From Spirochaetaceae bacterium (lineage in GTDB: Bacteria > Spirochaetota > Spirochaetia > DSM-27196 > PWMO01), in contig REDW01000116.1 in the NCBI GenBank assembly GCA_007693325.1, positions 3,609 to 67,608 on the forward strand: a stretch of 64,000 nucleotides of DNA. The letters run 5' to 3'. Under the pieces are notes generated by a model. It was not told the DNA's origin. It did no database searches and saw only the letters and a program-made list of their open reading frames with translations. How positions within the stretch are numbered: position 1 is the first letter of the stretch; the number at the start of each line of letters is the position of its first letter. Positions 27,950 through 36,333 of this stretch are shown here, one piece after another. Position numbers and translations under genes: made by a program.

Positions 27950-29107
27950 TTAAACGCGCCGCGTCACTCGGAGTTTGATCCACGCCTTGATGAACGGCCA
28001 CCACGGAACGCTGGCCATCACGGCGATGTTCTCAGCGATCGAGCCGGTTTCATCCAGGAAGCCGAAGATTCGCTGTACCGGATTCTTGCGGAACAGATCG
28101 CTGAAGACCCGCGCACCGATCTCACCGTGGCGGTAGAGAATCTGCAGCAGCAGCGAGTCGAAGGTGCGGTAGCGTGCCGGCGGACGGCGGCCGTGAAACG
28201 GCGTGGCGCTCTGCAGCAGCGAGCGCACTATGGCTGCGCTATCGTTGTGAATGCGCAGGAAGGCGTATCCGCTGGAGGCCTTAACCCGCCCACCTCTGGT
28301 GCCGATGCGCATGATGCGTTTGCCGCCTGCCCGTGCAAACGGCTGGTCGGTCATCGGGATGATGCAGGACTCTTCCTCGAGGATCTGGTAATCGTGCAGT
28401 CCGAGGTGCGTCTCGATGTATTGCGACAGCGCGGCGCGATACTCAGGCGGCGCTAGCAGGTCGGCCGAGAAAATGGTGTACTCGACCATCGCCTCGCTGG
28501 GTGAGAACGGCAGGGTGTAGACAAAGCGGAAGATCCCGTTCTGCGCGGTACGCAGGTCAAACATGGTGGCGCGCGTGGTATCAAAGCCGGCGCTGTTGCA
28601 GCGAATCACCCAACCCAGGAAGTGCTGCTGCAGGTAGTGGTAGCGTGGATCCTGGCCGCGGTAGGCTACCGCGTCCCAGCGGCTGTCAAACACCCAGTTG
28701 GCGCGGTAGCTTGTACCGTCTGCGGTTACTGTTGCGTGGTCGGGATGATCTTCTATCTGATCCACACGGGCCTGCAGGAACTCCACGCCGGCGGCCTTGA
28801 GCGCACTGGTGGTGTGCTCATAGAAGTCGATTCCACGTATGACACGGTAGTCGTACGGGGCCAGGTCCAGTTGCAGTGAGAAGTCTTCACACACAAAGTC
28901 GAGTGTGGGCCAACGGCGGTAGACTATCTGATCGAACGGGGTAGGGTGGGGCGACCAGAAGCACCAGGTACGGTCGTTACTGAGTTTGGGCTCAGGATCA
29001 ATTATCAGAATCCGTGCGCCAGCCAACGGACTGGCGATCATGTGATACGCGAGGCTGCGGCCGGCGGCGCCTCCTCCGGCCATTATGTAATCAAAACGCT
29101 GCTGCAT
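27950..29107 (-). CDS. Lycopene cyclase family protein (CrtY-type)
   Basis: FAD fold DYIMAGGGAAGRSLAY. Family-like motifs DRTWCFW, LQQHFLGW, FVYTLPF, IPMTDQP, GTRGGRVKASSGYAF. ATG at 29107; the ORF-track TTG at 29137 is less likely. Confidence 0.8.
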   Translation of the reverse strand: MQQRFDYIMAGGGAAGRSLAYHMIASPLAGARILIIDPEPKLSNDRTWCFWSPHPTPFDQIVYRRWPTLDFVCEDFSLQLDLAPYDYRVIRGIDFYEHTTSALKAAGVEFLQARVDQIEDHPDHATVTADGTSYRANWVFDSRWDAVAYRGQDPRYHYLQQHFLGWVIRCNSAGFDTTRATMFDLRTAQNGIFRFVYTLPFSPSEAMVEYTIFSADLLAPPEYRAALSQYIETHLGLHDYQILEEESCIIPMTDQPFARAGGKRIMRIGTRGGRVKASSGYAFLRIHNDSAAIVRSLLQSATPFHGRRPPARYRTFDSLLLQILYRHGEIGARVFSDLFRKNPVQRIFGFLDETGSIAENIAVMASVPWWPFIKAWIKLRVTRRV

Positions 29108-29169
29108 CTGTGCAATAATATAGTGGCAATAGTGCAATCAGTACACCGTTTGTGGCCGTTATCTGTATC

Positions 29170-29877
29170 ATGAATCACCGTCTACAGGCCGTTCTGGATA
29201 TCGCATTGCCGGAACGTTGTGTTCTCTGTGGCCGTCCACTGTTTGGATGCCGCGCCGGCGACTTTGCACTTTGCCGTTACTGCTGTGGCCGCCTGGAGTG
29301 GCTGGCCGAGCCGCGCTGCTGCAGCTGCGGCGCTCCGCTGGTAGGCGAGCAGCAGAGGTGTCTGGACTGCCGCGAGCGCTGTCACGGTTTTGACCTGCAC
29401 CGGTCGGCGTTCGGCTACGACTTCCGGGTGGCCGAGTTGCTGCACTGCTTCAAGTCTGACGGCATCCCCTCGCTGGGGCGCTTCTGCGCCCGGGCGCTGC
29501 TGAAACTGTACCACCAGCTATGTGAGGGCGCACTACTGGTTCCGGTACCCGGGCACCCATCGGCTACCCGGCGCCGCGGCTGGGATCAGGCGCGCCAGAT
29601 ATGCCGCTGCATGCAACAGGCCGACGGCGTAGCGGTCTGCGCTGCGTTGCGACGGGATCGTACGCGGCATCAGAAAGAACTCGGCTTGGTGGAGCGCCAG
29701 CAGAACCTCAGGGGACGCATCCGATTGGCGGTCGATCCCGCGTTGATTGCCGGCAACAGCGTGGTGCTGATCGACGACGTGTACACCACCGGCGCCACCC
29801 TCGACGCGTGTTGCGAAGCGTTGCGGCCCGCCGGCGTGGTCTCAATCTACGCCTTGACCGTGGCGATGGACCTGTGA
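29170..29877 (+). CDS. comF: ComF family protein (phosphoribosyltransferase domain)
   Basis: N-terminal Cys-rich zinc-finger-like region (CVLCG...CRYCC...CCSCG...CLDC). PRPP-binding loop VVLIDDVYTTGATL. Alternative GTG start at 29152. Confidence 0.8.
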   Translation: MNHRLQAVLDIALPERCVLCGRPLFGCRAGDFALCRYCCGRLEWLAEPRCCSCGAPLVGEQQRCLDCRERCHGFDLHRSAFGYDFRVAELLHCFKSDGIPSLGRFCARALLKLYHQLCEGALLVPVPGHPSATRRRGWDQARQICRCMQQADGVAVCAALRRDRTRHQKELGLVERQQNLRGRIRLAVDPALIAGNSVVLIDDVYTTGATLDACCEALRPAGVVSIYALTVAMDL

Positions 29878-29906
29878 TTGACACTTTGGGCGGCAATTGA
29901 TATTGT
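29878..29906 (+). promoter_or_regulatory. Sigma70-like promoter (TTGACA-17-TATTGT) upstream of rimP-nusA-infB
   Basis: TTGACA 29878-29883 directly after the comF stop, 17 nt spacer, TATTGT 29901-29906. Confidence 0.45.
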
Positions 29907-29935
29907 CTACATACAATCTTTTGCCAGCAGTCAAG

Positions 29936-29966
29936 AGAGTCGAGTTTCGACTCTTTTTTTGTTTTT
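29936..29966 (+). terminator. Intrinsic terminator/attenuator hairpin in the rimP leader
   Basis: AGAGTCGA (29936-29943) / GTT / TCGACTCT (29947-29954) followed by TTTTTTGTTTTT. Ends 19 nt before the rimP ATG. Confidence 0.7.
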
Positions 29967-29984
29967 CTTGCTGCAAGGACACTC

Positions 29985-30440
29985 ATGACCGGACCGAGGA
30001 TGGAAGAGCAGTTATACGAGGATTTGACGCCGATCGTTTCCGGCTACGGCTTTACATTGGTGGACCTGCGGGCCCAGATTGTAAAAGAGGTGCTGCACGT
30101 TCACGCGGTGATTTTTGCCGGCAGCGGGGTTGGCGTGGACGACTGCGCCGCGGTGCACCGGATGATCGCGCCGCGGCTGGAGGCGCTGTACCCGGATCGG
30201 GACTTGAACATCGAGGTTGGTTCGCCGGGTATAGACCGTGCAATTCGACTGCCACGCGAGTATCGCATCTTCCAATCGAAAGGCGTTCGCGTGTACAGTA
30301 AAGCTGAGCAGCAGTGGGTTGGCGGAATCATTCACGATAGTGACGAGCACGAGGTTGTCATCGTACGGGGCGGTGTGCAGCAGCGCATACCGTTTGCCGA
30401 CATACAGAAGGCCAGACTTGACGACTCACAGGAGGTCTAA
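29985..30440 (+). CDS. rimP: Ribosome maturation factor RimP
   Basis: 151 aa. LVDLR...VLHV...IDR...GSPGIDRAIR pattern and position directly upstream of nusA. Confidence 0.9.
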   Translation: MTGPRMEEQLYEDLTPIVSGYGFTLVDLRAQIVKEVLHVHAVIFAGSGVGVDDCAAVHRMIAPRLEALYPDRDLNIEVGSPGIDRAIRLPREYRIFQSKGVRVYSKAEQQWVGGIIHDSDEHEVVIVRGGVQQRIPFADIQKARLDDSQEV

Positions 30441-30449
30441 AGCACAATC

Positions 30450-32138
30450 ATGATGGCTTCTCAATTAGCCGATGCTATTCGTCTTCTCATACAGGAGAAA
30501 GGCATCTCGGAAGAGCTTATCCACCGTACCATTGAAGAGTTCCTGCTCGCCGCGTACAAGAAGACTTTTGGTACCGATGAAAACGCCATCGTTCGCTTCA
30601 ACGACGAAGACGGCAGCGTCAGTCTCAACGCGCGTAAGGAGATTGTGGAGGACGTCTACGATCCGGTAAACGAGATTGCGCTCGAGGATGCTCTGGCGTA
30701 CAGTCCCGAAGCCGAGGTCGGCGACGAGATGTTGATCGAGATCGATCCCAAGGAATTTGACCGTGTCGCGGTGCAGAGCGCCAAGCAGAAGGCCAAGCAG
30801 ACGCTGCGTGAGATCCAGAAGGACACCCTCTACTCGGAATACATCGACAAAGTTGGTGAGATGATCATCGGCTACTATCAACGCGAACGCAACGGCAATA
30901 TCTTTGTTGATCTGGGCAAGACCGAAGGGTTGATGCCAAAACGTTACCAGTCGCCACGCGAGGTGTATCGCCCCAATGATCGTATCAAGGCACTGATCTA
31001 CGAGGTCAATAAATCCCCGGCCGGACTGCAGATTATTCTCTCGCGCACACACACCGAGTTTGTGCGGCGCATCTTTGAGCTGGAAGTCCCCGAGGTCTAC
31101 GACAGGACGGTTGAGATACAGAAGATTGTGCGTGAGCCCGGCTATCGGACCAAGATAGCAGTCTACTCCAACCGTGAAGATGTCGATCCGGTTGGCGCCT
31201 GTGTTGGGCTGCGCGGTGTAAGAATCCAGGCAATCGTACGCGAACTCGAGGGCGAGAAGATCGACATTCTCAAGTACGACAACGATCCTCGCACGTTCAT
31301 CAAGAACGCCCTCTCTCCGGCCGAGGTCAGTCATGTGGTCATCCTGGACGAAGCCAAGCGCCAGGCACTGGCGGTAGTTGGCGAGCAGCAGCTTTCGTTG
31401 GCAATCGGAAAGCAGGGGCTCAACGTGCGGTTGGCAAATCGGCTGGTGGACTGGAATATCGATGTCAAGACCGAGGCCCAGTTCGGCGAGATGGATGTTT
31501 CGGCTGAAACCAAACGCGCGGTCAGCGCACTGTTCCGCGACTACGACGAAGAGGTAGACGAGATCACCGGCATCGCGGAGCTGCCCGATGTACCCGAGAG
31601 CGTCGTAGCGGCTCTGAAAGCCAACGGCATCGAGCTGATCGAGCAGCTGGTGGCGCTTACCGATGAAGACCTGGCGCAGCTTTCCGGCATAGACGATGAG
31701 GATATCGTAGCCATCAAGAAGGTTATGGCTGAGAATATTGAAATTATCGAGCAGGAAGAAGAGGCCGACGAAGAAGACGAACAGGACTATCTGGAGGAGC
31801 AGGAAGAGGACCTCGTTGAAGAAGAGGCTCAGCAGCCGTTGGATGAACAACAGCCGGAGTATTCGCCGCAAGAAGACGTCGACGAAGACGCTGACGAAGA
31901 AATAGACGAAGAGGAAGAAGAAGACGAGGAAGAGATCACTCGCATCGCCGAGCTGCCGGGCATTGACTCTCAGATTGTGGCCAAGCTCGAAGCCGGCGGT
32001 GTTGAAGACGTGGTGGACCTGGTATCTCTGCAGGAAGATGATCTGCGCAAGATCGACGGCATCAGCGATGACGACGTTGCGGCCATCCAGGCTATCATCG
32101 AAGAGTTTGTAGAGATTATCGAAGAGGAGGATGAGTGA
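30450..32138 (+). CDS. nusA: Transcription termination/antitermination factor NusA with duplicated acidic C-terminal repeats
   Basis: S1 and KH regions (IIGYYQRERNGNIFVDLGKTEGLMP; PVGACVGLRGVRIQAIVRELEGEKIDI; LAIGKQGLNVRLANRLVDWNIDV), plus a C-terminal duplicated module. Confidence 0.97.
   Translation: MMASQLADAIRLLIQEKGISEELIHRTIEEFLLAAYKKTFGTDENAIVRFNDEDGSVSLNARKEIVEDVYDPVNEIALEDALAYSPEAEVGDEMLIEIDPKEFDRVAVQSAKQKAKQTLREIQKDTLYSEYIDKVGEMIIGYYQRERNGNIFVDLGKTEGLMPKRYQSPREVYRPNDRIKALIYEVNKSPAGLQIILSRTHTEFVRRIFELEVPEVYDRTVEIQKIVREPGYRTKIAVYSNREDVDPVGACVGLRGVRIQAIVRELEGEKIDILKYDNDPRTFIKNALSPAEVSHVVILDEAKRQALAVVGEQQLSLAIGKQGLNVRLANRLVDWNIDVKTEAQFGEMDVSAETKRAVSALFRDYDEEVDEITGIAELPDVPESVVAALKANGIELIEQLVALTDEDLAQLSGIDDEDIVAIKKVMAENIEIIEQEEEADEEDEQDYLEEQEEDLVEEEAQQPLDEQQPEYSPQEDVDEDADEEIDEEEEEDEEEITRIAELPGIDSQIVAKLEAGGVEDVVDLVSLQEDDLRKIDGISDDDVAAIQAIIEEFVEIIEEEDE
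31563..31763 (+). repeat. NusA C-terminal repeat 1 (67 aa, HhH/AR-like)
   Basis: ITGIAELPDVPESVVAALKANGIELIEQLVALTDEDLAQLSGIDDEDIVAIKKVMAENIEIIEQEEE. About 46% identical, by my hand count, to the equal-length unit at 31935-32135. Confidence 0.75.
31935..32135 (+). repeat. NusA C-terminal repeat 2 (67 aa, HhH/AR-like)
   Basis: ITRIAELPGIDSQIVAKLEAGGVEDVVDLVSLQEDDLRKIDGISDDDVAAIQAIIEEFVEIIEEEDE. Separated from repeat 1 by a 57 aa D/E/Q linker. Confidence 0.75.
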
Positions 32139-32186
32139 CTACCCTTTTCGAGCCGGGGTCGAACGTGGTATAACCTGAAGTACGTT

Positions 32187-34727
32187 ATGGCAGAAGAGAA
32201 AGAGAAAGAGACCAAACCCAAAGCTACCCTCATCAAGCACCGTAAGGACGAGCCTAAGGCCGCCCCAGCGGCCGAAGAAGACAAGACTGAAAAGAAGAAG
32301 GTCAGGGTAGTCGTGAAGCGCAGGGGCAAGTCAAAGAGCCCCGATAGCGGGCAAGTGCCAGCCAGGCCGGCTGACGCCGAGCCTGAGGCCGGCCAGAAGT
32401 CCAGACCCAAGTCGGCACCGGCTGCCAGCAAACAGGAATCCGACAGCGGTGTTGAGAAAAGCGCTGAACGGCCCGAGACAGCTGCCGGCAAACCCGCATC
32501 CAGCGGTGAAGAGGCCAAACGCTCCGCTGAGCCGGCACAGCCTCGCAATCGCTTCCGCGTGGAGGGCGGCCCGGAGCCGCCACCGTCGGTACGGGAACGT
32601 AAGATCGGACAGCCGCACGCACCGCAGCAGCGCAAGAGCGAAAAACCCGAAGCGCCGGAACGCGGCCGCCCTGCTAGTGGGCCACCACGGCCGGCCGGCC
32701 CCGGAGGGAGGCCTGGCGGTGGCCCCGGTCCCGGTCGTCCCGCTGCCCGCCCGATGGGCAGGCCCGGCGGCGCTCCCGGCGCCGCACGTCCGCCGCGGCC
32801 CGGAGCACCTCCCGGGGAAGCGCCGGCTCAGAGCGAAAAGCGTCCGAGTGGCAAGAAATTCTTCAAGACCAAGCGCAAGCCCTATCCGAGTAAGGATCGC
32901 CATCAAGAAAAGAGCCTTCAGTATAAGCCCAAAAAGAGCACGCCCAAAGCTAACCCGGTACCAAAGTCCATCGATATCATGGAAGTAGTCACGGTATCCG
33001 AGCTTGCGCGCAAGATGAATCTGAAGGCGTCCGACCTCATCGGTAAGCTGATGAGCATGGGTATGATGGTCACAATCAACCAGCAGATCGATGCCGAGAC
33101 CGCGCAGATTCTGGCCGGAGAGTACGGCTGCGAAGTCAATATCGTATCGCTGTACGACGAGACGATCATCGCTACCGAAGACGATGAAGCCGGCGACGTC
33201 CAGCCGCCGCGGCCGCCGATCGTTACTGTTATGGGGCACGTTGACCACGGCAAGACCAAGTTGCTCGATGCTATACGAACCACCGACGTAGTTGCCGGTG
33301 AGTTTGGCGGAATCACGCAGCACATCGGTGCGTACCAGATTGAACTGCCGCAACAGGGCAAGGTGACATTTCTCGATACACCGGGGCACGAAGCGTTTAC
33401 GCTGATGCGTGCGCGTGGCGCTCAGGTTACCGATATCGTGATTCTGGTGGTAGCCGCCGATGACGGAGTGATGCCGCAGACCCGTGAAGCGGTGGATCAC
33501 GCCAAAGCAGCCGGCGTTCCGATCATCGTTGCCATAAACAAGATTGATCTCCCGGCGGCTAATCCCGACCGTGTCAAACAACAGCTGTCGGACCTGGGCC
33601 TCATGCCCGAAGCGTGGGGTGGTAGCACGCTCTACTGTGAGGTCTCGGCGCTCAAGAAAGAGGGGATACCACAACTGCTGGAAACCGTGTTGCTGCAATC
33701 CGAGGTGCTCGAGTTACGCGCTAACCAGGACTGCAACGCCGAAGGCAAAGTGGTCGAGTCGCGTATCGATCCGGGTCGCGGAACGGTATCAACGGTTCTG
33801 ATACTGCGCGGCACTCTACGCGTTGGAGACAGTTTTGTTGCCGGTGTCTATCCGGGACGCGTGCGGGCGATGTTCAATGACCGCGGAGACAAGGTCGACG
33901 AGGCGTATCCATCCATGCCGGTTGAGATACTCGGTTTCACCGGTATCCCCAACGCCGGCGATCCATTTCAGGTTACCGGAACCGAGAAACTGGCTCGCCA
34001 GGTGGGCGACAAACGGCAGGAGCTGCGTAAAGTCGAGGTTGCAAAGAACGTCAAGAAGATCACACTCGACAATCTCTACGACAGTATTCAGGAAGGCGGT
34101 GTCCAGGAGCTCCGGGTCATCATCAAGGGTGACGTCCACGGTTCGGTTGAAGCGTTGCAGAGCGCGCTGGAGAAGCTCAGCACATCTGAGATCAGGCTCA
34201 ACGTGCTGCACTCAGCTGCCGGGGCTATCAACGAGAACGATGTCATGCTTGCGGCAGCGTCCGAAGCGATCGTGATCGGTTTCAACGTGCGTCCAACCGC
34301 GCGAGCGCAGGAGCTGGCGGATCAGGAGAAGGTCGAAATTCGCAAGTACAATATCATCTACGATGTTGTTAACGAGGTCAGGTCGGCCATGGAAGGACTG
34401 TTGGCTCCCGACCTCAAGGAAGAGACCATCGGAACGGTCGAGGTTCGCGAACTGTTCAAGGTTCCAAAGCTGGGCGTTATCGCCGGTTCGTACGTCACCT
34501 CGGGCAAGATCAGGCGTAACGCGCAGGTGCACGTTATTCGCGACGGCGTCCGCATATACAGCGGCAAAGTTGTCTCGCTGCGGCGTTTCAAGGACGACGC
34601 ACGCGAAGTCGACCAGGGCTACGAGTGTGGGGTTGGTGTAGAGAACTTCAGTGATCTGAAGGTTGGTGATGTTCTGGAAGTGTATGAGGTCAAAGAGGTG
34701 GCCAAGAAGCTGCACGAGGCAACCTGA
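32187..34727 (+). CDS. infB: Translation initiation factor IF-2
   Basis: G domain [28 protein letters not shown]. 846 aa with a Pro/Gly/Ala/Lys-rich N-terminal region. Confidence 0.97.
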   Translation: MAEEKEKETKPKATLIKHRKDEPKAAPAAEEDKTEKKKVRVVVKRRGKSKSPDSGQVPARPADAEPEAGQKSRPKSAPAASKQESDSGVEKSAERPETAAGKPASSGEEAKRSAEPAQPRNRFRVEGGPEPPPSVRERKIGQPHAPQQRKSEKPEAPERGRPASGPPRPAGPGGRPGGGPGPGRPAARPMGRPGGAPGAARPPRPGAPPGEAPAQSEKRPSGKKFFKTKRKPYPSKDRHQEKSLQYKPKKSTPKANPVPKSIDIMEVVTVSELARKMNLKASDLIGKLMSMGMMVTINQQIDAETAQILAGEYGCEVNIVSLYDETIIATEDDEAGDVQPPRPPIVTVMGHVDHGKTKLLDAIRTTDVVAGEFGGITQHIGAYQIELPQQGKVTFLDTPGHEAFTLMRARGAQVTDIVILVVAADDGVMPQTREAVDHAKAAGVPIIVAINKIDLPAANPDRVKQQLSDLGLMPEAWGGSTLYCEVSALKKEGIPQLLETVLLQSEVLELRANQDCNAEGKVVESRIDPGRGTVSTVLILRGTLRVGDSFVAGVYPGRVRAMFNDRGDKVDEAYPSMPVEILGFTGIPNAGDPFQVTGTEKLARQVGDKRQELRKVEVAKNVKKITLDNLYDSIQEGGVQELRVIIKGDVHGSVEALQSALEKLSTSEIRLNVLHSAAGAINENDVMLAAASEAIVIGFNVRPTARAQELADQEKVEIRKYNIIYDVVNEVRSAMEGLLAPDLKEETIGTVEVRELFKVPKLGVIAGSYVTSGKIRRNAQVHVIRDGVRIYSGKVVSLRRFKDDAREVDQGYECGVGVENFSDLKVGDVLEVYEVKEVAKKLHEAT

Positions 34728-34729
34728 GC

Positions 34730-35098
34730 GTGGCTACATTCCGACTCGAGCGAGCGGCCAACCTGATTCGCCAGGAGGTCAGCCAGTTGATCACGCAGGG
34801 CGGTATCAAGGATCCTCGCGTGAACAGCCTGGTGGTGGTTAATCGTGTCGAAGTTTCCAAGGACCTCGATTTCGCCAGGGTCTACGTTTCGGGCTACTTC
34901 GATGATCAGGAACTCGATCTGTGCGTTGAAGGTTTGAACAGTGCCAGCGGGTTTATTCAGAGTCGACTGGCAAAGCGATTCAGTTTTCGCAACACCCCCA
35001 AGCTGCGTTTCATTGGCGATCGCAGCCTGCAGCAGGGGTTCGAGATTACCGAACGGCTGAAGCATCTCGATGAAGAAACACGGACTGATCCTGATTGA
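34730..35098 (+). CDS. rbfA: Ribosome-binding factor A
   Basis: GTG start 2 nt after the infB stop. 122 aa. RAANLIRQEVSQLI...DPRV...VEVSKDLDFARVYVS...LAKRFSFRNTPKLRF. Confidence 0.9.
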   Translation: MATFRLERAANLIRQEVSQLITQGGIKDPRVNSLVVVNRVEVSKDLDFARVYVSGYFDDQELDLCVEGLNSASGFIQSRLAKRFSFRNTPKLRFIGDRSLQQGFEITERLKHLDEETRTDPD

Positions 35099-35951
35099 TA
35101 AACCGGAATCGCTTACCTCGTTTGCGGCTCTGGGGCATATCAAACGGACATTGCAGACCAGAAAGATTGGCCACACCGGCACGCTGGATCCGTTTGCTAC
35201 CGGGCTGATGGTGGTGCTTGCCGGCAGTTACACGCGGCTGGCCGATCACATCACCGGACTTGACAAGCGCTATACGGCAACGGTGCGCTTTGGTGTAGCC
35301 ACCGATACTCTTGACTGTGATGGACAGCAGATCGCGCGCTGCAGCGCGCCGCAGGCCGAACGGCTGCGGGCAGTAGTGCCGCAGTTCATCGGCCGGATCG
35401 AACAGCAACCGCCGGTCTATTCTGCATTGAAGGTTGGCGGCAAACGCGCTCACCGGCTGGCGCGCGCCGGCGTAGCGTTAGAGATGGCAAGGCGGCCGGT
35501 AGAGGTATTTGACCTCGTACTGAAACAGTACGACGCGCCAACCGCGGTATTCGAGGTACACTGCGGCAAGGGTACATACATCCGGTCACTGGCACGCGAT
35601 ATCGCTCAGGCGTGTGGCAGCTGTGCCCACGTCAGCGGATTGCGCAGAACGGCGGTAGGGCCGTTTGGCGTGGCGGATGCGGTACTACCGGCACAGTTTG
35701 ATCCCGAGCTTCACCTGTGGTGCGCGGACCGCTTTATCGATAGGGTGCCGGGGATCCAGGTAGTAACGCTCAGCGATGCCGCGGCAGAACGAGTGCAGCA
35801 CGGTGGGGCGATTGGCGGTTCGGACGTGGTCAGCGGAGATCCGGCTCCCGGAGCGTGCGCGTTAATGGACAACGAGCGTAACCTGTTGGCATTGGCCGAT
35901 TTTGACGGGGTAGGGTTCCGTTATCGCTGCGTGCTCGCGGCAGCGGGTTGA
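35070..35951 (+). CDS. truB: tRNA pseudouridine(55) synthase TruB
   Basis: [30 protein letters not shown] (catalytic Asp), [17 protein letters not shown]. Overlaps rbfA by 29 nt. Confidence 0.95.
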   Translation: MKKHGLILIDKPESLTSFAALGHIKRTLQTRKIGHTGTLDPFATGLMVVLAGSYTRLADHITGLDKRYTATVRFGVATDTLDCDGQQIARCSAPQAERLRAVVPQFIGRIEQQPPVYSALKVGGKRAHRLARAGVALEMARRPVEVFDLVLKQYDAPTAVFEVHCGKGTYIRSLARDIAQACGSCAHVSGLRRTAVGPFGVADAVLPAQFDPELHLWCADRFIDRVPGIQVVTLSDAAAERVQHGGAIGGSDVVSGDPAPGACALMDNERNLLALADFDGVGFRYRCVLAAAG

Positions 35952-35976
35952 CACGGGTTGGACGAGTGTTGATAAT
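35948..35976 (+). promoter_or_regulatory. Sigma70-like promoter for rpsO-pnp (TTGACA-17-GATAAT)
   Basis: TTGACA 35948-35953 overlaps the truB stop, 17 nt spacer, GATAAT 35971-35976. Leaves a ~65 nt AT-rich leader. Confidence 0.45.
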
Positions 35977-36048
35977 GAGTGTCCGATTAATGAGCACGCA
36001 ACAGACCATATAACAATTAGATACAGTAGTGGTACCAAGGAGTTTTAC

Positions 36049-36318
36049 ATGTCGGTAACGAAGGAAGAGAAGGCGCAAACTGTGGCCCAGTTTGGTGGGG
36101 CTGCCGCTAATACCGGGGACACCAAGGTCCAGATCGCGCTTCTCACCAGGAGAATTCAGCACTTGACCGGGCACTTCAAGACCCACAGCAAAGACCACGG
36201 TTCGCGACGCGGGCTGCTCAAGCTGGTTGGCAAGCGCAGAAGGCTCCTGCGCTATTTGCAGCAGACTGATCTGGATGGTTATCGCAAATTGATCGCGCAG
36301 TTAGGCATCCGCAAGTAA
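36049..36318 (+). CDS. rpsO: 30S ribosomal protein S15
   Basis: 89 aa. [48 protein letters not shown]. Confidence 0.97.
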   Translation: MSVTKEEKAQTVAQFGGAAANTGDTKVQIALLTRRIQHLTGHFKTHSKDHGSRRGLLKLVGKRRRLLRYLQQTDLDGYRKLIAQLGIRK

Positions 36319-36333
36319 CACTAGGGAAGAAAT

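Noticed and set aside
31764-31934. GAA/GAG/GAC-rich repetitive tract that looks like a tandem repeat.
   Set aside because: It is in frame within nusA and encodes the D/E/Q linker between the two C-terminal repeats. It has no spacer-repeat periodicity, so it is not a CRISPR array or satellite.
31970-32990. Overlapping alternative-frame ORFs (31970..32635 minus, 32302..32622 minus, 32449..32988 plus) over the nusA end and infB start.
   Set aside because: The region encodes the Pro/Gly/Ala/Lys-rich low-complexity N-terminal part of IF-2, which is continuous with the G domain. The GC-rich repetitive codons keep other frames open by chance.
35590-35605. TGGCACGCGATATCGC, a sigma-54 -24-like TGGCAC (also TGGCACAGTATAAGC at about 925).
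   Set aside because: Both lie inside coding sequence (truB and the second permease gene), lack the TTGCW -12 element at the right spacing, and have no downstream gene start.
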